54,382 nucleotides of DNA from Octopus bimaculoides (taxonomy: Eukaryota). The notes under the pieces are model-generated. The model was not told the origin of the DNA and searched no databases. It worked only from the letters and a program-made list of their open reading frames with translations. Below, one piece after another: positions 47,150-54,382 of this stretch. The position numbers and the translations under genes were made by a program. The stretch's first letter is position 1; the number at the start of each line of letters is the position of its first letter. The DNA lies in NCBI RefSeq assembly GCF_001194135.2, contig NC_069005.1, positions 26,270,246 to 26,324,627 on the forward strand, in the 5' to 3' direction.

Positions 47150-48240
47150 AAGCTCTAACAATACGTACATTATCATACGAATTTTTGAAATTCTACAGAA
47201 ATTATCATCGAATGCTGCCAGAATTCTTGTGGTCAGTACAACCTTTCGATTGCCGAAATCCTGCTGGTTTTTCCTTTAGTGTTTTGTTCGAAGCAATCTG
47301 TATCTTCTTTGATTGTCCTATTCAAGATAATCGATAAGAACACTTTCAAAGCTATTCAGCTCAGGGTTATACAGCCACATTTGTCACTCTCTGAGTTACT
47401 TCCTTTTTTCTTTCAAACCCTAATTATAACAACTACCTACACATCTTCAGCTATATGTTCAAAATTCTATGTATTACGAAGAAGCTTCAATAAGACTTCT
47501 GCAGTCGCGTGCCAATTTTTTTTTTGGGGGGGGGGGGGGGGGAGTTACCATTTCTCCTATCCAATTCCAGTCAACCCAGGAACATTTCCCCCTTTTTGCG
47601 CGAGCGTTCTTGCTATTCTTCAAAAGATAATTTAGCTACAGTTACTTGCAGCTCCTCTTCTGGTTCAGAATTTATCAGAACATTTCTCCCATTAAACTCC
47701 TTTCTCATGACTATCAAAATACATTTTCCATCTTTCTTAGCTGTTTATATCAAATGTCCTTTGCTCACTATCAATACAAAACACACTCTTTTGTTCATCT
47801 GTTTACTTTACCTGAAATCTCATTTATTATTCCAGAAGCTTTACTTATTACTCTACAGCCTTCAGCATCGAGTAATTCATCCGCTTCACCGGTTTTCACT
47901 TTTAAGAATCTTCTTTTATCTTCTTCGCAATACCTTTTCATCTCACTGACGCATCTCCAATATTTAGCTTATTTCCACCAAGCTCCATCTTATTCTCTCT
48001 AACTTTCATCAATTTGTTCTTGTTCCTTTCAGGCCTCAATGATTTCCCTTGTTGTATCTGAAATCTGTTACCTTCTTTTCATTTTTCTTCTGCTCAGAAC
48101 ATCTTTGGTTACATTCTAGTTTGCGTTCTTTACCTTCTTAATTCTTCTACACGTCATTGATTTTTTACATCAGTTTCATCCGCAGTTTCATCGACTACAG
48201 ATCGAATCTGACAGTCAATTGAAAATCCATCCTTAAAATC
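47150..48240 (-). mobile_element. Decayed CR1/L2-like LINE (ORF1 end / APE start)
   Basis: IVMRKEFNGRNVLINSEPEEELQVTVAK and a VDWN motif resemble an APE endonuclease; heavily interrupted, so clade is uncertain. Confidence 0.45.
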
Positions 48241-48883
48241 TAACTTTCTTAAACTTTTGTGGGCGCGTACAACGTGTTCACCTTTCCTGATTTCTGATGA
48301 GATGGATGTGTTCTACGCTCCCGAAACATGGAGTCAAACTGTTATTTAAAAAATGATGTAACTTCTAGCAAATGCGTTGAGTATAGGCATAGGAGTGGCT
48401 GTGTGGTAAGTAGCTTGCTTACCAACCACAAGTGTGGGGGGGGGTTCTGGTTACTGCTCGGTGACCAGCAATTCGAATAACCTCACTGCTATTTCTTGAA
48501 TTCTTGAGAAACGTAAACAAACCAACAAACGTAAGACAAACACAAAGACGCACACACTTACATAGATACACACACGTAGCTATACACACACATAATATAT
48601 CTTTTATTCTTTATTCTTTACTTGTNNNNNNNNNNNNNNNNNNNNNNNNNNNNNNNNNNNNNNNNNNNNNNNNNNNNNNNNNNNNNNNNNNNNNNNNNNN
48701 NNNNNNNNNNNNNNNNNNNNNNNNNNNNNNNNNNNNNNNNNNNNNNNNNNNNNNNNNNNNNNNNNNNNNNNNNNNNNNNNNNNNNNNNNNNNNNNNNNNN
48801 NNNNNNNNNNNNNNNNNNNNNNNNNNNNNNNNNNNNNNNNNNNNNNNNNNNNNNNNNNNNNNNNNNNNNNCTAGAAGTGAAAA

Positions 48884-48971
<88 letters not shown>

Positions 48972-49536
48972 ACAAATAGCGGTTTCCTATTGAGCAAAAT
49001 AATATATTCCAGAGGTCAATATCCAGTGTGATATCCTTTTCTCTCTGTGATGTCATTTATATGCTAATATTATCACACGCATTTTGCGTGCTTGCGTGTG
49101 ATTGCGCCTATTGAAGATGGCGACTACTAGCTGGATGAAAGAGTTGACTATGCCATTGACTTAAAACTTCTGAACGTCAAAAGGAACATATGTGACTGCG
49201 ACTGTATTTATATAAACATTGTACGGCACGACAATGGTGCTGTACATTAACAACGAGCTTTCACTCCATAACCTATATGTGACAGAAGCTCGTCTGCGAT
49301 GCTTTGTTGTTGGAGCGAAATGGAAAGATTTTCTAGACTCTAATTATAAAAAAAAAATTTTTTTAAAGACATATTTATTTTTATCTGATGCGGATACCAT
49401 GGCCATCCGAAAAAGTTTGGAAATAGTGAAATACTTGGAACAAGAAGCAATGAAATTTAGCAGCATCGTGTCCCTGATAATGTCTTTATGCAATTCCTTC
49501 CCAAAGGAAACTGATAATTGCTTAAAGGTTTATTGT

Positions 49537-50191
49537 TACTCTTTTACTTGTTTCAGTCATTTGACTGCGGCCATGCTGGAGCACCGGCTTTAGTCGAGCA
49601 AATCGACCACAGGACTTATTCTTTGTAAGCCTAGTACTTATTCTATCGGTCCTCTTTTGCCGAACCGCCAGATTACGGGGACTTAAACACACCAGCATCG
49701 GTTGTCAAGAGATGGTGGGGGGACAAACACAGACACACAAACACAGACACACAAACACACACACACACACACNNNNNNNNNNNNNNNNNNNNNNNNNNNN
49801 NNNNNNNNNNNNNNNNNNNNNNNNNNNNNNNNNNNNNNNNNNNNNNNNNNNNNNNNNNNNNNNNNNNNNNNNNNNNNNNNNNNNNNNNNNNNNNNNNNNN
49901 NNNNNNNNNNNNNNNNNNNNNNNNNNNNNNNNNNNNNNNNNNNNNNNNNNNNNNNNNNNNNNNNNNNNNNNNNNNNNNNNNNNNNNNNNNNNNNNNNNNN
50001 NNNNNNNNNNNNNNNNNNNNNNNNNNNNNNNNNNNNNNNNNNNNNNNNNNNNNNNNNNNNNNNNNNNNNNNNNNNNNNNNNNNNNNNNNNNNNNNNNNNN
50101 NNNNNNNNNNNNNNNNNNNNNNNNNNNGTAGTGGGACTGAACCCGGAATCACATGGTTGCACGTTAAGCTTGTTAACCAGGCAGCCATGCC
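49537..50191 (-). mobile_element. Family B SINE spanning an assembly gap
   Basis: Tail at 49537-49740 and head at 50128-50191, with the gap starting in the internal (CA)n. Confidence 0.85.
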
Positions 50192-50299
50192 TGCGTCAAA
50201 GGCGTTAGTATCTCGGGTGATTTAATATAAAAATGAAATTCTACAAAAAAAAAAAAGTAAAGAAATTTAATAGTTCTGCAAGTATTTATGGAATTGGTA

Positions 50300-50870
50300 T
50301 TGAGTAAAGTAAAATGATTTCCGTGAAACTTCATAATGTAAAATTGTGTTTAAAATGCAGTCAGATAACCGGTGCAATATCTCACAGTCTCTGGATGGGT
50401 TTGAATGAAACAACTGTTATCTAAAACGATTTGATGGATCATTCACCGAAATTTTGGGAAAATTTGATGTATTAATGGAAATTGATAAAAGAATGGATGT
50501 GGTGACTGTTATTGCTGGTGAATATAAGAAGAAAAAAATATGATGGTGTATTTGGTATGGACGTGATGAATGTGGGTAGTTCAGCATTAATTCATGAAAG
50601 TGAAACTCCAGCACATTTCAGAGATTAAGAGGTTTTAAGGTTAACATTTTTGTCAAAGGAAATATCAGGCCGTTATTTTGAGGCAAGACCATTACCAATA
50701 CACATTAAACCATTAGTCATAGCAAAACTGAGGAAACTAATTAATGATATAGTAGAAGACTACTTTTCATCTTCTCAAGGTTTTTGAGTTCATTCAACCA
50801 CCAACTTGAAGTATGCAATTAATGAAAAGTTTCTTTGAAAAGAATGGTGTTACCAGGTCACTTCTCTGAC
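50300..50870 (+). mobile_element. Gypsy LTR retrotransposon pol remnant
   Basis: FEARPLPIHIKPLVIAKLRKLIND at 50677 (~FFKARPVPFALKEKVEAELDRL), protease-like sequence upstream and integrase-like MKSFFEKNGV downstream. Confidence 0.6.
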
Positions 50871-51022
50871 GATGTTCACCAATCTTAAGGGAAAAAAAAA
50901 AATGTTATCTCAGCTTTTATGCGTTGCGTTACAGGAGTTTAATAACTATCATACAAATTTTGCAAGACTCATGAACAGAACAAAGGTTTCGATTTATTTT
51001 TAAATTTTAGTTAATGCTGAAT

Positions 51023-51083
51023 GAAACCGCGATCCTATGACCGCGAGTCCGCTGCTCTAACCACTGGGCCATTGCGCCTCCAC
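51023..51083 (-). mobile_element. SINE head H1 only
   Basis: Reverse complement GTGGAGGCGCAATGGCCCAGTGGTTAGAGCAGCGGACTCGCGG..., matching the 22335 end. Confidence 0.8.
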
Positions 51084-51616
51084 ATTCATATATCACATTT
51101 ATTAAGTAACAGGAGACCGCTTTTTGTTTTTCTTTCTTTCTTTTTGAAGTGATAGTAATTCAATGCTTTATTTTCGTTTGGAAGAGATGGTAACTGTAGA
51201 AGCACTCGGTTGCATACTTTTTTTTCAGCTTTTACCAGACTGTTTCACTCGCATGTAATTACCTATTATTATGTTCTGCTCGTATCTTATTTGCCTGTCA
51301 GAATATACATTCCTCTAGGAACATGTGACATTTCCTCTACTTTCAATGTCCGACCTTGACATCAGATTGCAGCCGACAATTTCTTGCTGGTTATCCACCA
51401 TCTTAGATTGTCAACTCGTTCGTCATCGAGTTGTTTCATATCTGTTCTCTCATCAGACATCATGACCAAAAAGGCCACTGTGTTATGTGGAAAAAAAAAA
51501 ACTATGTTTCAATCAGGAAGAAAGTATTACCGAATGCAATCCGTCGAACGAAAGATTCACATTGACAAAACTTCATTTAAAAAATCCACTATCGTATGTT
51601 TAAACATATTGATACA

Positions 51617-51684
<68 letters not shown>

Positions 51685-52291
51685 AAATTCAAGTTTGCTT
51701 TCATCTTTCTGAAACAAGTAAAAGATACTTTACAATATCCGTATTCGCTTAGTCCCGTAGCCTGAAGTCGTTGTAACGCGAAGGATGACTGTGTGTCTCA
51801 TTATCGCCATGTTTATCAAAATAGTAAGTTTATAAAATTGCTGATGTCACTGAGGTATTGATAACAACTTCTTAGACAGACGAATTTGCAACACAATGCA
51901 CTGTCGTCTGCTCTTCATTACATCGATGCCTTTGAGTCACGTACGCACTTTCTTTCATGATGCGGCTCTGGCAATTTCTTTCGGTCGGTTGCGGGGATTT
52001 TTCCCTACGTAATTTATTGCCTAACTTGATAAATTTGTACAAAAAAGATCAAGTTTTGTTAACTTTATCGAATTTCATGGGACCTTAGTCGATACGTGCG
52101 TAGTTGTGATCAGCTCTTTTCAGCCAACTGCAATGACTGTTTTTAATGCCTCTTTGCATTTCAAAATTGATCATCAGTCGTCTTCAAATTGATAAAAGAC
52201 GTAGTTTTCAACAGCTTTTAATCGGAGTTAGATATTATCTACTTAACAGATCCAATGCCGCACGAAATTAAAAATTCTCACAAATATATAA

Positions 52292-52327
<36 letters not shown>

Positions 52328-53041
52328 TCCATCATGACAAAACAAATAAAATCTGTTTTATGGACTCTGTCTCATACTGTCATTTTAATTATTCTCGTGA
52401 ATAACGAATGTCTCATGCAGACAATTATTCTCACGAGCTGTCTTAATTCGATATTTTTAGTTTTGCTCATATGCAATGTCTCAAGGTTTTTGGATTTTTT
52501 TTTAATTCTTTTCTTTTAAGCTCATAAACATTCTTTGTAAATATGAGCAGTGTTTTTATATTTAAGTGTTCTTTAGCTCAAACGTATCATGTCGCTTATT
52601 AACTTCTGTTTTCATTCAATGTTGACTTTTATAATCTCTCATATGTCTTGATCTGTCGCGATCGACATATTTAAAGAAATGGAAAAAAGAATTGTGAATA
52701 TTTTTCGTTATCATCTTAGTGTTTTCTTTGTTTATTTTGGGGGGAGTTTTTTTTCCTGTTTACAACTTATTCTACGTCATCAATGCGCATTTTTATAATC
52801 GTTCAACCGACTCTTGACACGTGTCGGCTGTGCAACAGTAAATGATTCGGTTAACGTGCAGTTTACTATGGTAAAAAAAAGGTGAAAGTAAATTGTCCTA
52901 AAAACAATGAAAGTAAATTGCAATACAAACCTAAAGTGATGACACTGATTGATATCCCATAATTTCATGTAAACAACGTATGTGGCATAACCAGTGTATG
53001 AAACGTACAGATATTACAACATGAAAACTGTGCATTGATTT

Positions 53042-53170
53042 TATCTTTTATCTTTTACTTGTTTCAGTTATTAGACTGCGGCCATGCTGGGGCACCCCTT
53101 TGGAGAGTTTTCTTTTAGTCTAATGTATCCACCCCAGTACTTTTTAAAGCTTTGTACTTATTCTATCGGT
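53042..53170 (-). mobile_element. Family B SINE 3' end
   Basis: CTTTTACTTGTTTCAGTTATTAGACTGCGGCCATGCTGGGGCAC. Confidence 0.75.
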
Positions 53171-53424
53171 CGTAGGTTGTGTGTATGCGTATAGGATGCG
53201 CTAGGATGGAAAAAAAACCCACGTGACCTGAACTGATCAATAGAGACCTAAATACTCTCACCTAGAAGCCAGTTCAAGTTTTCTGTAAATTCTCTTCACT
53301 CTGAATACGAATATGTGATATGGATGTGTTTTTCGTCCACGAAACTTCAAGTGACGCCGAGTCAAATGGTCATTCAGTATCCATAACCCCATCTAAACAT
53401 ATTGGGTGCTGCATTATTTCGTTT

Positions 53425-53512
<88 letters not shown>

Positions 53513-53744
53513 GGGGGAGAGAAAAGGAGGAAGAGAGAGAGTGAGAAATAGGGATTACCCATCCGAAACCTGGTTTTGCTCGGTGTGTCTACCAAATATG
53601 TCGGCAGGTTTTCGCTTTATGCACGGTCAACCGACCGAACGAAACTGCATTGAGCTGTGGTAATTCTTGTTTAACTTACATAAATTATATATATTACACA
53701 TACACACACATATACTTAGAAAGAGAGAGGGGACAGGGAGGGAG

Positions 53745-53955
53745 AGTGAGAGAGAGACTGAGAGAGAGAGAGACAGAGAGAGACAGAGAGACATAGAGAG
53801 ACATAGAGAGACAGAGAGAGACAGAGAGACATAGAGAGAGACACACACACACACACACAGACAGAGAGAGAGAGAGACACAGACGGAGAGACACAGAGAG
53901 AGAGAGACAGAGAGGGAGAGAGACACAGAGAGACACAGAGACATAGAGAGAGACA

Positions 53956-53999
<44 letters not shown>

Positions 54000-54225
54000 C
54001 ACACACACAGAGACAGAGAGACAGAGAGAGACAAAGAGAGAGAGACACAGAGGGAGAGACAGAGAGAGAGAGAGACAGAGAGGGAGAGAGACAGAGAGAG
54101 AGAGACAGAGAGAGAGAGACAGAGAGAGAGAGACACAGAGAGAGACACAGAAAGAGACACACAGAGAAAGACAGAGAGAGAGACAGAGATACAGAGAGAG
54201 AGATAGAGAGACAGACAGACAAACA
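53745..54225. repeat. Compound (GA)n / GACAGAGA microsatellite
   Basis: Directly visible; source of the SLSLSV-type ORFs. Confidence 0.95.
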
Positions 54226-54382
54226 GACGGAGATAGGTCCCCCTGTCATAATGCTTTGTCAGTACGTTTCTCTCTCTTCCTCGCTTTTCCTTTCTTCTCT
54301 CACTCACCTCTGATCCCTCTCTCACTCATGCTTCACTCACCTCTTTCTTTTTCCTCTATTCAGTGTCTCTCACCTCCCCCCC

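Noticed and set aside
49219-49593. 124-aa non-repetitive ORF
   Set aside because: Non-ATG start, no recognisable domain, and it ends inside a SINE.
51405-51466. Minus-strand CTGATGA...GAAA with a 7-bp CAACTCG/CGAGTTG stem III
   Set aside because: The essential U16.1 is an A, and stems I and II barely pair; at best a dead relic.
989-54325. Most ORFs in the six-frame track (poly-X, YIYI, HTHT, SLSL, CVCV, poly-N/I/L)
   Set aside because: Translations of N gaps and microsatellites, with no coding signal.

Overview
Repeat-dominated, gap-rich animal genomic DNA; the SINE repertoire and microsatellite density suggest an octopus-like cephalopod (inference). One intact protein-coding ORF: an intronless 269-aa A/B-type cyclin-fold protein (11248-12057, +) with no destruction-box tail and without the Lys/Glu pair that normally engages the CDK. 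The rest is microsatellites, N gaps, about 30 tRNA-derived SINE copies in several modular families, and decayed Penelope-like, R4/Dong, RTE, CR1/L2-like, Gypsy, Helitron, pogo/Tigger, mariner and hAT elements. The most unusual signal, found by reading for RNA structure, is five well-formed minimal type I hammerhead ribozyme motifs plus degenerate ones. They have different but palindromic or near-palindromic stem III sequences, and two sit on opposite strands in the arms of a 352-nt near-perfect inverted repeat (29621-29972). All alignments and folds were done by eye; no searches were run.
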